From: Candidatus Heimdallarchaeota archaeon
GTDB taxonomy: Archaea; Asgardarchaeota; Heimdallarchaeia; Heimdallarchaeales; Heimdallarchaeaceae
Length of the DNA: 64,000 nucleotides
Direction of reading: 5' to 3'
Assembly (NCBI GenBank): GCA_030603365.1
Contig: JAUVXV010000009.1
Coordinates: forward strand, 32,001-96,000
Shown here: positions 45,344 to 55,519 of the stretch, in pieces
Layout: each line of letters begins with the position of its first letter
How positions within the stretch are numbered: the stretch's first letter is position 1
Made by a program: the position numbers and the translations under genes
Notes under the pieces: model-generated
What the model saw: only the letters and a program-made list of their open reading frames with translations
Database searches by the model: none
Told to the model about the DNA's origin: nothing

Positions 45344-46150
45344 CTATTCAATATGATAATTATCTTCTGATTTGTGTATTAAACCATCCTTTTTCATTTT
45401 CACTAAAATGGTATCTAATTGTTTTTTAGAACATTTTAAGTAATTGATTAATTCTTTAGAAGTAGCTTTCTTGTTTTCCAGAAGATACTTGAGGATTTGG
45501 CCTCTTCTTTCTCTATCTGATCCTTTGAATTTAGGCTGTTTAGTTGTAGGTTCTATTCCTGTAGCGGATACAGTAAGATGAATTGCACCATAATCCATCA
45601 GAGCATTGTGCCAATCTCTAGATTTTCCTTGAGGAAGAAGCTGTTCTGCTATTAGAAAAAGTTCCTTCTCACTCATATCTTCAGTTGCAAATCTTTCTGC
45701 AATAAGAATTCTCCTGATATTCGTATCAACTGTTGCAAAATTCATATTGAAAGCGAATATCAAAATAGAATTTGCTGAATAGTTTCCAATCCCTTTGAGT
45801 TTTTGAAGTTCTTGTGGAGTTTTGGGAAATTCTTTCAATTTAATTAGTGTTTGAGCAGCTTCTTGCAGCCACAAAGCTCTGCGATTGTAACCTAAACCTG
45901 ACCAAACAGAAAGCAATTCAGATTTTGGTGCTCTTGTAAGCGATTTTACATTTGGGTATTTTTGTATGAATTCAGTAAATTTCTCAGTAACTCTAGAGGC
46001 TTGAGTTTGTTGTAGCATTATTTCAGAAACCAGTATTTTGTAGGGTTCTTCAGTTTCTCTCCAAGGGAATTTTCTCTTATTTTCTTTCCACCAAGAAAAG
46101 ATTTTTTCTTGGAATTGTGTAATCTTTTTTTCGGAAATATAAGAGTTCAT
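45344..46150 (-). CDS. mutY: A/G-specific adenine glycosylase, MutY-like (no Fe-S cluster, C-terminal wHTH)
   Basis: FPWR..PYKILVSEIMLQQT, WSGLGYNRRA, LKGIGNY (HhH), VDTN, ALMDYGA. Confidence 0.85.
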   Translation of the reverse strand: MNSYISEKKITQFQEKIFSWWKENKRKFPWRETEEPYKILVSEIMLQQTQASRVTEKFTEFIQKYPNVKSLTRAPKSELLSVWSGLGYNRRALWLQEAAQTLIKLKEFPKTPQELQKLKGIGNYSANSILIFAFNMNFATVDTNIRRILIAERFATEDMSEKELFLIAEQLLPQGKSRDWHNALMDYGAIHLTVSATGIEPTTKQPKFKGSDRERRGQILKYLLENKKATSKELINYLKCSKKQLDTILVKMKKDGLIHKSEDNYHIE

Positions 46151-46266
46151 TAACTTTTCCTCTATGATTTAATGCAAATCTATTGTAGAATCTTTAAAAG
46201 TGTTTTTAGCAAATAATAATTAATAGAATCACATTATTTATTTTTAATCTCAGATGGGCGAGACTA

Positions 46267-47091
46267 ATGAGTGATAAGTATGCAAAAGATTTAGATTATA
46301 AAAACAATTCAAACACTTGCGTTCTTATTTTCCATGGATTTTCTGGAACTCCTCTAGATCTGAAAAATCTTGCAGAACAGTTAGCAGATGAACAACTAGA
46401 TGTTTACGTCCCCCTTCTCCCATATCATGGTGTGGATTATGAGCATTTAGCTGACATCAATTTGGAAGAGTTTTTTACTTGGGGTCAGGAGCTTATAAAA
46501 GAAAAACGAAAGGAATATCAACAATTGATTGTTATCGGTATTTCTATTGGGGCTGCACTTTCATATTTATCTGAAATAAACAACCCGATGGTAGATGCTT
46601 TAATAGGAATCAGTTCCACTGGTATTTTTTCTCTAGGAATGAAAATGTTCGCTTTCATCTCTCGATTTATTAAAATCAGATTTGTTCCGTATGATCCAAT
46701 ACATGATTTTGAGGAGAAATACTTTGATAAAGAATATCTTTGCTGGAAAGAAGAAAATTTTCCTAAGATGCCAATGGAGGTTTTTATAGATGCAGTACGA
46801 CAATCAAAGCACTTCAAACATGATGCTAGCAAAATTACTGCACCTTTGTTAATAATAAACGGTTCAAAAGATCCTTCTGCCAGCAATAAAACCTTGCCTT
46901 ACTATATTAAGAAAGCAAAATCTAGGATTAAGAGAGGAGTTATTATCAAAGGTGGCAGACATGTCATCTTGAATTCAAAATTCCATGAACAATTAGTAGA
47001 CGAAATTAAGAGTTTCATAAAACTAGTTCTTGATAACCTTACAGATGATTCTTTTCAAGTTAATGAGATAAAAACTATCTCACTAAAATAG
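46267..47091 (+). CDS. Alpha/beta-hydrolase carboxylesterase
   Basis: FHGFSG, LPYHG, GISIG nucleophile elbow, GSKD, GRH. Confidence 0.9.
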   Translation: MSDKYAKDLDYKNNSNTCVLIFHGFSGTPLDLKNLAEQLADEQLDVYVPLLPYHGVDYEHLADINLEEFFTWGQELIKEKRKEYQQLIVIGISIGAALSYLSEINNPMVDALIGISSTGIFSLGMKMFAFISRFIKIRFVPYDPIHDFEEKYFDKEYLCWKEENFPKMPMEVFIDAVRQSKHFKHDASKITAPLLIINGSKDPSASNKTLPYYIKKAKSRIKRGVIIKGGRHVILNSKFHEQLVDEIKSFIKLVLDNLTDDSFQVNEIKTISLK

Positions 47092-47167
47092 TGAGAATAC
47101 TAATGTGTCTAGTTTGACACAATAAGTATTAATATTGTTTTTACGTTAACTTAAACAACAAATAATT

Positions 47168-49363
47168 GTGATGAGAATGAAAATTTTAAAAAACAAAAAA
47201 ATTATGATAATTAGTTCAACCATAATTGTAGTTCTAGTAGCAACAAATTTGGCAATATTTTTACCAAGAGTTAACAATCCTGGAAGAACCTTGGACTGGA
47301 ACCCTGAACCTTTACTTGAAGGAACAGCATCAACGTTTGAAGTAAAGAATTCTGTAGTTACAAGCTTTGGTTCCTATACACCGGCGAATTTGGACTATAC
47401 TCCATCTATTGTTCCAACTGAAATAGCTGATAATTTGGCAAATGTCAATTTACAGGGACTTCAAGTCTCTCCAGAGATTGAGGAAATGCTAGAAATTTAT
47501 GGATTTGCTATAGTAGATGAGGGGGATGAAGATATTTATGCCATTTATTCTGACTTGGAAAGTCCTAAATTCATTACTACTGACTTATGTTTACACGCTT
47601 ATCACGTTCTCTATGATATTAGCCTTAGAGTTCTAGAAGGAGAACGATTCTTCTATGATTTTGAAACTATGTTGCTAACACTTAGAGATGCTCAAATAGC
47701 TTTGAATGGATCAATTTCTGAACCTGTTGTTCATGATGCATTAAACAAAAACGTAGCCTATCTTTCAGTAATGCTTTATCTTATCAATGAAACAAATACA
47801 ATCCCTGCTGAAGTAGAAACACTTACTCAAACAGAACTCGATTTGATAAATGCAACTGAAAGAGCACCATCTGTTATTTTTGGTTATGACGAAGATTATA
47901 CCCAATATATTGTTAGAGGACATTATACTCGTAATGAGATTCTAGCAAACTACTTTAGAGCCATGATGTATGCTGGAAGAATGGGGTTCCTCCTCCAGAG
48001 TCCAATGGGAGACCCAGCTATGGGTATAGAACATACAAGGATGGCACTTCTATTATTGTCTAGTTTTAATTCTTCCATATCCACAGATACTGTTTGGGAT
48101 TATTGGGATCGGATATACGAACCAACTGTATTCTATGTTGGATCAAGTGATGATCTAACCCCTGCAGAATATTATGGCCTCTGGCAGGATTTAGGAGCTC
48201 CAGAAGGAAATGGTCTTGCTCCTGAGAGTTTCATTGAGAGTTTTATTGAAGAAGCAAAAACCTATCGGAAACCCTTGATTAATTCGATGTTTATTTTCGA
48301 AACTGAAGATTCTGAAAATGTTACCCAAGGTTTCAGATTGATGGGACAAAGATTCATTCCTGATTCTTACATCTTCCAACAATTAGTTCATACTAAGGTA
48401 GATGGAAGACTCATGCCTACTGGTTTAGATGTCTTTTCTGTTTTCGGAAGTCCCAGAGCAGATTATTATATGGAAAATGAAAGCTTAAGTTATCTTGATT
48501 ATGATGATCAAATATTCAAACTCCGAGAAGAATTCGGAAATTTGACAGAATATGATTGGACACAAAATCTGTATTGGTTATGGCTGTACTCACTATTTCC
48601 ATTACTTGCGCCAGTATCTGAAGGTTATCCTGGATTCATGTTAAGTGATGCTTGGTCAGATAAAGCCTTAATGACTTCATCTGCATCTTGGGCAGAATTA
48701 AGACACGATACAATTTTGTACGCTAAACAATCCTATACCCTTGAAACTTCAATGCCTGAGATTAGAAAAGGATATGTTGAACCCTATCCTGAAGTTTATG
48801 CAAGATTAGCAAGTTTAGTTAGGCTTATGCAATCAGGTTTGGAAGAACGAGATCTATTCTTTGGTAGTTTCAGTAGTAAATTACTATATATTGCTGAGAT
48901 ATTTGATAGACTTGTTGAACTTAGTATCAAAGAATTGGAAAATATACCACTTTCCATCGCTGATATTGATTACATAAATACTGTTGCTATTCTAATTGAA
49001 GAAGCCGCAAGCTTCCATGATCCTGACGCAGAAGATTGGGTGAGTGAAGCAGATGATAGAATGGCTGTAATAGCAGATGTACATACAGATCCTAATACAG
49101 GAAATGTTCTAGAAGTAGCATCAGGAGATCCTTTTGTAATATACGTAGTTGTTCAAGATGAGGATGGAAATCTTAGATTAGCTAGAGGAGGAACTTTCTC
49201 TTATTATGAATTCCATCACCCAATGGTTGATAGATTAACTGATGAAGGTTGGCAGGAAATGTTAGATACTAATCCTCCACCTTTACCTGAATGGATGTTA
49301 AGCTCACTACCTTTAGTGAATAGTGCACCATCGCTGATTTTTCATGCAAGAAGAGAGGACTAA
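47168..49363 (+). CDS. DUF3160-family membrane-anchored extracellular protein
   Basis: N-terminal TM. FITTD..LHAYH, RGHYT..YFRAMMY.GR, MGQRFIPDS, SWAELRHDTILYAKQ, GYVEP, IADVHT, G..FSYYEF. Confidence 0.85.
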   Translation: MMRMKILKNKKIMIISSTIIVVLVATNLAIFLPRVNNPGRTLDWNPEPLLEGTASTFEVKNSVVTSFGSYTPANLDYTPSIVPTEIADNLANVNLQGLQVSPEIEEMLEIYGFAIVDEGDEDIYAIYSDLESPKFITTDLCLHAYHVLYDISLRVLEGERFFYDFETMLLTLRDAQIALNGSISEPVVHDALNKNVAYLSVMLYLINETNTIPAEVETLTQTELDLINATERAPSVIFGYDEDYTQYIVRGHYTRNEILANYFRAMMYAGRMGFLLQSPMGDPAMGIEHTRMALLLLSSFNSSISTDTVWDYWDRIYEPTVFYVGSSDDLTPAEYYGLWQDLGAPEGNGLAPESFIESFIEEAKTYRKPLINSMFIFETEDSENVTQGFRLMGQRFIPDSYIFQQLVHTKVDGRLMPTGLDVFSVFGSPRADYYMENESLSYLDYDDQIFKLREEFGNLTEYDWTQNLYWLWLYSLFPLLAPVSEGYPGFMLSDAWSDKALMTSSASWAELRHDTILYAKQSYTLETSMPEIRKGYVEPYPEVYARLASLVRLMQSGLEERDLFFGSFSSKLLYIAEIFDRLVELSIKELENIPLSIADIDYINTVAILIEEAASFHDPDAEDWVSEADDRMAVIADVHTDPNTGNVLEVASGDPFVIYVVVQDEDGNLRLARGGTFSYYEFHHPMVDRLTDEGWQEMLDTNPPPLPEWMLSSLPLVNSAPSLIFHARRED

Positions 49364-49472
49364 TTTCTTCTCCCTTTCTCTTTTTTTATTTTTATTCTAA
49401 CATATTGTTTATAATTGAATTTACTTATAATCAAGTTTAAGCATCACAGAAAAATCAGTTGAGGAATTTCAT

Positions 49473-50132
49473 TTGGACAAAAATGAGTTTTTATCCAATG
49501 TTCAGAAAAAAGTTGGTAATTTCAGGGATTTAGCTGTATTCAATCAAAGTTATATTCGTCCCAATGTTATCTACCGTTCTTCTTCACCAATTCCTCATCA
49601 GTCACCTGAGCTTCTTGAAGAATTTAAAGAACTAGGGATAAACAGTATTATTGATCTGAGATCAGCTATTGAGATAGGCCATGCTACCTATGATGATGAT
49701 TTTTTGAAAACTATCAATTATTATTGGGTACATATCGATATCTCTATACCTCCTGATGTGATACTGAGAGAAGGACAAAGTGAACTTACATTTTACAAGC
49801 AATTTTGTTGGTACACCTTATTTTATAATAAACAACAGATTAGAAGAGTATTCGATATTCTTTCTCGTTCAGAGAACTTGGCAACAGTTATTCATTGTCA
49901 TGCAGGTCGAGATAGAACTGGAGTAATATCTAGCTTAATTTTATTGCTTCTAAATGCTCCTGAACCGAATATCATCCAAGATTATCTCGCAACAGATGAA
50001 TTTACTCTAAGTGAAGATATTGAATACATTGTTGGTGAGATTAACAAGCTAGGTGGGATTATGGAATACTTAGTCAGTTGTGGTTTACAGGAGGAAACTT
50101 TGGAAGGAATGATTGAACAACTCCGTCCTTAA
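49473..50132 (+). CDS. Tyrosine/dual-specificity protein phosphatase (PtpB/IphP-like)
   Basis: NFRDL, IYRS, IIDLRS, IHCHAGRDRTG (CX5R), IIQDY. Confidence 0.9.
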   Translation: MDKNEFLSNVQKKVGNFRDLAVFNQSYIRPNVIYRSSSPIPHQSPELLEEFKELGINSIIDLRSAIEIGHATYDDDFLKTINYYWVHIDISIPPDVILREGQSELTFYKQFCWYTLFYNKQQIRRVFDILSRSENLATVIHCHAGRDRTGVISSLILLLLNAPEPNIIQDYLATDEFTLSEDIEYIVGEINKLGGIMEYLVSCGLQEETLEGMIEQLRP

Positions 50133-50206
50133 ATTAAGTGAAACTGTTTTCATATTCCAAAAGAGTTATTTGATACTTATTCTAATCCTACATATCGTTG
50201 TTCTAA

Positions 50207-51592
50207 ATGGATTTGAAAAGAATGAATGATGCTGTAAATGAGAGTGTGATTCTAGTTGATGAAAATATCCTATCCTATCCAGTTATAACATCAAAAATGA
50301 AAGTTATTCTTCTGCTTATATCTGCATTTGGTACTGCAGCTAGAATGATTGGACGAATGTTTGTAGAAATGTATGCTGTGGTTATTGGTTCTTCTAAAAC
50401 TGCTATTTCATTGATTACTTCAATTAGGAATTTGATTACATTAGCTTTTCAATCCTCTTTTGGAAGAATATCTGATTTCTTGGGAAGAAAAGTCATGATT
50501 CTCATTGGTCTTTTTGGAGCAGGGATCTCTCTAGCCTTATTCCCATTAATACGAAACCAGTGGGTTTTGGTAGTAGGAGTATTCTTTTTTTCTCTTTGTT
50601 TTGCAATTTATAACCCCTCTTTCACAGCTTTGATTGGCGATTTGACAAAAAAAGAAAACAGAGCAGGATTATTTAGTCTCTTAACACTTGTGGGTTCTCT
50701 AGCTTCTTTTATAGGACTTCTTCTTATAGGTGAATTGAGTGATTTAGTTCAACCTCATTTAACTCAATACAGTCATATACATCTGTCTTCAATGGGGGAT
50801 TTAATTCTTTCTTATACCAAATTTGGGTATGGGTTTGAATCTGATTTTTTGAGTGTTTTTCAGCACAATCAGTATTCGGTTATCCTTTATTTAGCAGCAT
50901 GTCTCTTCATCATTACTGGAATAATCAGTGTCCTCTTAACTGATCCACCTACTGAAAAATTAGCAGAGAGATCTGTCCTTTCCTTTACACCATTGAAGGA
51001 AAACAAAAGATTCAGACGTTTTGTAATCGTTGGTTCAACAATGGGTTTTGTTATGTCTCTTGGTTGGCCTATCTTTCCATTTGTGAGAGTTAACTATGCA
51101 ACACCGAAAGAGAATACTTGGATATGGGCTACATTTAGTATTGTTATGATGCTTACACTTCTTATAACAAGACCTTTTATAGATAAAATGAAAAGAAAAT
51201 GGGCATTGTTCATTGGTCGTTGTTTTATGTTTTTCATACCTTTGAATCTAGCTTTAACAGCGATGTATCTGCCAACTTGGTGGTTTATGGCGATAGGTGC
51301 AGGAATTAGCGGATTTGGTAATTCATTTTATTTTGTTGCAGAAAGCAGTTATGCTCTAGATTGTGCTCCTGAGAAAGAAAAAGGTACTTACACAGGTTTG
51401 TTTTATCTATTTCTTGGGATAGCAACTTTCTTCGGATCATTATTATCTGGACTTCTAGCTGATTTGGTAGAAAATTATCTAGGAGAACTTAATACAATAA
51501 TTTTATTCTTATGGATAATAACAGGAGCAAGATTCTTAGCTTCTTTTGGTTTTCTCTTTCTAAAAGAACCGATGAACACCAGGAATGGTTGA
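50207..51592 (+). CDS. MFS transporter
   Basis: GRISDFLGRK motif A; about 12 TM helices. Confidence 0.92.
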   Translation: MDLKRMNDAVNESVILVDENILSYPVITSKMKVILLLISAFGTAARMIGRMFVEMYAVVIGSSKTAISLITSIRNLITLAFQSSFGRISDFLGRKVMILIGLFGAGISLALFPLIRNQWVLVVGVFFFSLCFAIYNPSFTALIGDLTKKENRAGLFSLLTLVGSLASFIGLLLIGELSDLVQPHLTQYSHIHLSSMGDLILSYTKFGYGFESDFLSVFQHNQYSVILYLAACLFIITGIISVLLTDPPTEKLAERSVLSFTPLKENKRFRRFVIVGSTMGFVMSLGWPIFPFVRVNYATPKENTWIWATFSIVMMLTLLITRPFIDKMKRKWALFIGRCFMFFIPLNLALTAMYLPTWWFMAIGAGISGFGNSFYFVAESSYALDCAPEKEKGTYTGLFYLFLGIATFFGSLLSGLLADLVENYLGELNTIILFLWIITGARFLASFGFLFLKEPMNTRNG

Positions 51593-51749
51593 AATTTTTG
51601 TAATTCAAGCCCTCAATGGATATTAAAGAGTAAAAGAACCAGTAAATTCTTGCCTTGGTTTACAAAGAAGAAATGAGAGAATAATTCTATCTCTTCCTTC
51701 TCTATCTTGCGTATTCGAAAAGTAATTAAATACTTGAGATGGATATATT

Positions 51750-52028
51750 TTGTCGGAAATGTTCTTTAGAAAAACCCCCCAACCAAATTATAGACGCGAA
51801 GAATCTTCAGAAACTGATACAGATACGCATCTTAAAGGACATTATTTTAGACACTCTCTCGAACTAAGGGAATTGGAATTTCAATCCCAAGAATATCAAA
51901 AGTTAGCTGAACGATTGATAAGGGAAGGACAGCTTGGACCTGTTAATGAAATTAACAGAGAAAGAGCTAAATGTAATGCAAGGATTACTGAGTTGAGAGA
52001 ACTTTTACTCAAGATGCAAGGTGTGTAA
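51750..52028 (+). CDS. Hypothetical small helical/coiled-coil protein
   Basis: 92-aa charged ORF in a gap. No family recognised. Confidence 0.5.
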   Translation: MSEMFFRKTPQPNYRREESSETDTDTHLKGHYFRHSLELRELEFQSQEYQKLAERLIREGQLGPVNEINRERAKCNARITELRELLLKMQGV

Positions 52029-52105
52029 AATCTTTTTAATTGCATATGTTTATAATTATTCTTGCTCAATGAAGTTTCAGAATTAAAAATTGAGTGATGA
52101 TAAAT

Positions 52106-53299
52106 ATGAGTATAGGATTTTGCACCCATTGTGGTGCCCGACTTGCTGAGCAAGCTGATTTCTGTAATAATTGTGGCGCACAGATTGAGATGATTAATGG
52201 AGTTCCGGCTGCAAAGCCAATAAAAACTGATCCTTATCCGGATTCAGCTCCTCCAACACAACCTGTCACCTCTGCTCAAACTTATGTTCCACCCAAGGGA
52301 CCTAGACCTATAAAGCAGCGTCCTAAGATAATTGGTTTTGCTGTTGGAGCAATCTTTCTAATAACCATACCTTTTATTGTCTTTGCTGCACTTGGTTTCT
52401 TGAATTTCACTCTTATTGGAACATTGGATTTTGAGGTTGATTCTTTTGCTGAAACTAATGTAATTCTAGATATTGATAATGACGTTGGTTCAGTTGAAAT
52501 ATATTATGACCCCACCCTTACTAATCTTTTTGAAGCAACTCTGGATGTTTGGGGAAGACCTGGATCGGAAATAGCTGATGCTGTTAATTTTGAACTTACG
52601 AATTATACTGTAGATGCTATTACAGTTAGTTTTGTATCTGGAGATAGAGTTTTCTGGTACTGGGATAAGCAAACCTTCAACTACGATATTGTAATATATA
52701 TCCATCCAACCGCAGTTGTAGATTATGATATAGATGCAGGAACTGGGTCGATATCATTAGACACAGATTCAGAAGATAATCTTGTAATAGAGAATATTTT
52801 CTTAAATTCAGGTACAGGTACACTTACTTTAGATATGGCAGGTTCAGTAAACAGTTCTGTTGAAGATTTGTACATCAATACTGGTACTGGCAGTATAAAT
52901 GCTAATTTAGGTACTTCAACAAGTTTGAACACTTCTGAAGTACTAATACAAACAGGAACTGGAACCATTACTTTTGCTTATGAGGATCTAATTGTTAATG
53001 GTGACATAACATGGGTTTTGGATACTGGTACAGGTTCCATTTATATGGATATCACACAAAATGTGGTGTTGCCCTTTCCTTATGAAACAATTATTCTAGC
53101 TGAATCAGGTACAGGAAGCATTAGTTTAGCTTTAACCTTAGACTCTTCAATAGGGTATAGTGTTACAGCTACTACTGGTACAGGATCGATTAATGTTTTT
53201 GGTTCTGAAAATGATTATGAATCTGCAAACTATGATACAGCTGACAATATCTATACTATTATACTTGATACTGGAACAGGAAGTATAACAGCTACCTAA
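52106..53299 (+). CDS. Zinc-ribbon / TM / DUF4097-like beta-repeat protein
   Basis: FCTHCG..FCNNCG, Pro-rich linker, TM, then about 8 xTGTGSI repeats. Confidence 0.8.
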   Translation: MSIGFCTHCGARLAEQADFCNNCGAQIEMINGVPAAKPIKTDPYPDSAPPTQPVTSAQTYVPPKGPRPIKQRPKIIGFAVGAIFLITIPFIVFAALGFLNFTLIGTLDFEVDSFAETNVILDIDNDVGSVEIYYDPTLTNLFEATLDVWGRPGSEIADAVNFELTNYTVDAITVSFVSGDRVFWYWDKQTFNYDIVIYIHPTAVVDYDIDAGTGSISLDTDSEDNLVIENIFLNSGTGTLTLDMAGSVNSSVEDLYINTGTGSINANLGTSTSLNTSEVLIQTGTGTITFAYEDLIVNGDITWVLDTGTGSIYMDITQNVVLPFPYETIILAESGTGSISLALTLDSSIGYSVTATTGTGSINVFGSENDYESANYDTADNIYTIILDTGTGSITAT

Positions 53300-53303
53300 G
53301 AAT

Positions 53304-53331
53304 AAGGGATAATTCCCTTTTTACTTATTTT
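53304..53331. terminator. Hairpin plus T-tract between convergent genes
   Basis: AAGGGA-TAAT-TCCCTT followed by T runs. Confidence 0.5.
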
Positions 53332-53763
53332 TTATAATTTATCGATTAATTCTTTTGCAATGAGACTTGCTGTTTCAACTGCTTGATCACAGCTTGCTTT
53401 TCTTTTGGGATGATCCACATCTATTGAACCATCTGGCAAGAAGAAATCTTTCAAAATTTCTCTACAATAGAGCGTTCCATTTTTTTCCATAAATTTATCT
53501 TTAAATGCCCTAAACACTTCCTTCTTCTTTTCATCTTCAATATTCTTCTCGACTAGTAATGTACTTATTGCTGCTAACGCTCCTGTAACTGCACCACAAA
53601 TAGATCTCTCTCCAGTTCCACCTCCAAATGGCAATAAAGCTTTATCTAAAATCTCTGAAAGATTTTGATAATTATAATAATCCAAAATCCCTCTAGCAGC
53701 TGCTCTAGCGCAATTAAAATCATTTTCCCAATATTTCCTAGTCTCGTCAACAATATTCTTCAT
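53332..53763 (-). CDS. C-GCAxxG-C-C family putative redox protein
   Basis: FNCARA, FGGG..SICGAVTGA, LYCREI, SCDQAV. Confidence 0.88.
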   Translation of the reverse strand: MKNIVDETRKYWENDFNCARAAARGILDYYNYQNLSEILDKALLPFGGGTGERSICGAVTGALAAISTLLVEKNIEDEKKKEVFRAFKDKFMEKNGTLYCREILKDFFLPDGSIDVDHPKRKASCDQAVETASLIAKELIDKL

Positions 53764-53812
53764 TCTAACAGAGTGCTATATGCTTGTTCTTTAAGAATTT
53801 CTGAATGGATAT

Positions 53813-53899
53813 TTAAAAAATAGGTTCTCCACAACTATTACAAAACTCAGATCCCTCTTCTAGTTTTTTTCCACAATGGATGCAAAAGCTTGGTTCCAT
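53813..53899 (-). CDS. Zinc-ribbon microprotein (28 aa; 55 aa if started at the ATG at 53980)
   Basis: Below the ORF-track cutoff. Manual translation MEPSFCIHCGKKLEEGSEFCNSCGEPIF*. TATA-like CTATATAT about 30 bp upstream. Confidence 0.7.
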   Translation of the reverse strand: MEPSFCIHCGKKLEEGSEFCNSCGEPIF

Positions 53900-53966
53900 A
53901 TTATCACAAACAAATAAAAGAACCTCTTCATATATAGTGCTTTCAGAATCAAGGATCTTTTCTAAT

Positions 53967-54581
53967 TCAATCGTTTTCATGTGATAAATGATTAGTATCG
54001 TTGAATTTTATTATGTTTATTTTTCCATTTGGGTATAATTTTATATGAGAAACGGAGCATGGTTCTACATAAAAATCCCAATAATGAGAAGGATGGGTTT
54101 CTGTTAAGTATACAAATATCAAGTTAATAGCAGCTCCATGACTTACCAAAACGACTTTCTCCTCTTCTTGTTCCCTTAATCTTAGAAATAGTCTATGAAT
54201 CCTATCTAATACTTGATAAAAAGTTTCTCCACCTGGAATTAAAACATCATTAGGGTTAGTTTTCCATTTTTCCATTAATGCCCTATGAAAAACATCACTG
54301 CCTTTTTTTCCTTCCCAATCACCAAAAGAAATATCCAGAAGATATGGTTCTTCTATAAATCGAGCTTTGTCTTGATGGCTTTTTATCTCTTCAGCTGTAA
54401 CTTTAGCCCGTGATAACCTGCTGTAATAGATTACATCTACAGGAATTTTGGATAATACTTCTCCTACTTCTTTAGCATGCTGAACTCCTAGTTCTGACAA
54501 TGAAACGTCTACTCTACCTCTAATTCGTTCCTCCCCTAAATTAAATGCTGTTTCTCCATGTCTGACAATATAGATTTCCAT
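53967..54581 (-). CDS. Histidine phosphatase (phosphoglycerate mutase family)
   Basis: YIVRHGET, SRLSRA, FGDWEG, PGGET, VSHG. Confidence 0.93.
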   Translation of the reverse strand: MEIYIVRHGETAFNLGEERIRGRVDVSLSELGVQHAKEVGEVLSKIPVDVIYYSRLSRAKVTAEEIKSHQDKARFIEEPYLLDISFGDWEGKKGSDVFHRALMEKWKTNPNDVLIPGGETFYQVLDRIHRLFLRLREQEEEKVVLVSHGAAINLIFVYLTETHPSHYWDFYVEPCSVSHIKLYPNGKINIIKFNDTNHLSHEND

Positions 54582-54647
54582 TTTTTACCACAAAATTTGT
54601 CTTTTAGGACGAAACAATATTATAGTTCTTGAATATTTCTCAATTAG

Positions 54648-55484
54648 ATGCATGAATTCATGAATAAAGAATGGATGAATGATTATGAGAAAAACTATTC
54701 TCTCTATAAGAAGGAATGGGATTTCCATTATCAGCAAATAAGCGATTTTATTCACTCTTGTTTACCTCATAGAGTTAGTCACTGGGGTTTTATAGGCGTA
54801 ACTAATACTATCCCTGAAATTGATTCAAGAATATTGCATAGAATCTCAAAAATCACTCTTTTAGACATAAATGATGAAGCTTTAAAACGGGCAAGAATCC
54901 ATCTAGCTTCCGTATTTGAATTTCCTAATGTTGTGGTTCAGAGGTTTGATAATACTTGTGGTTTAATGGAACAGATATTAGATGTTTTTACTCAATCTGA
55001 CAACCAAGAGACATCTGAAAAGAAACTATTAGAATATCTAAATGATATAGAAATTTCAAAGGATTTAGTATATCCAAACTCCCAGGAAAACAACAGAAAG
55101 TATGATTTTATTACTCATCTGGGTATAATGGACTACTATCTAATGCCAGTATTCACCAAATATTGTTCTTCTTTTCAAAAGAATAATGATGAATTCTATC
55201 AAGTAATGAAGAAACTCAATGATTTTTCTGTTAGAATCTCTTTAGGATTTTTACATCATATGCTGGATAAAAATGGACAACTTATTATCTCCACTCCAAT
55301 TTCAAGAGCACCTGAAGGAGATCCGTGTAACCGTTCTCTATTTTGGTTAACACCTATTGAAGATATAATAGAGGAAAGTGGATTCATAATACAAAATAGA
55401 ACATCACATAAGTGGGATGAATTTCCTGTTGAAGGGGGACATTTCCATCAAATATTGAATGTTTCTTGTGTAAAAAAGAGATAA
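54648..55484 (+). CDS. Hypothetical protein, possible divergent class I SAM-methyltransferase fold
   Basis: ITLLDINDEAL, YDFI and MLDKNGQLII resemble MTase motifs, but the GxG motif is absent. Confidence 0.55.
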   Translation: MHEFMNKEWMNDYEKNYSLYKKEWDFHYQQISDFIHSCLPHRVSHWGFIGVTNTIPEIDSRILHRISKITLLDINDEALKRARIHLASVFEFPNVVVQRFDNTCGLMEQILDVFTQSDNQETSEKKLLEYLNDIEISKDLVYPNSQENNRKYDFITHLGIMDYYLMPVFTKYCSSFQKNNDEFYQVMKKLNDFSVRISLGFLHHMLDKNGQLIISTPISRAPEGDPCNRSLFWLTPIEDIIEESGFIIQNRTSHKWDEFPVEGGHFHQILNVSCVKKR

Positions 55485-55495
55485 GAGAGGAGTAA

Positions 55496-55517
55496 TATGA
55501 GAGTGTGAACTCCCATA
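55496..55517. terminator. Stem-loop between convergent genes
   Basis: TATGAGAGT-GTGA-ACTCCCATA: 9-bp stem with one mismatch and a GNRA-type loop. Confidence 0.45.
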
Positions 55518-55519
55518 CT

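Noticed and set aside
52730-53295. Recurring ACTGGTACAGG-like sequences as a CRISPR array
   Set aside because: They are degenerate codons of the TGTGS protein repeat inside an ORF, with no constant repeat-spacer structure and no cas genes.
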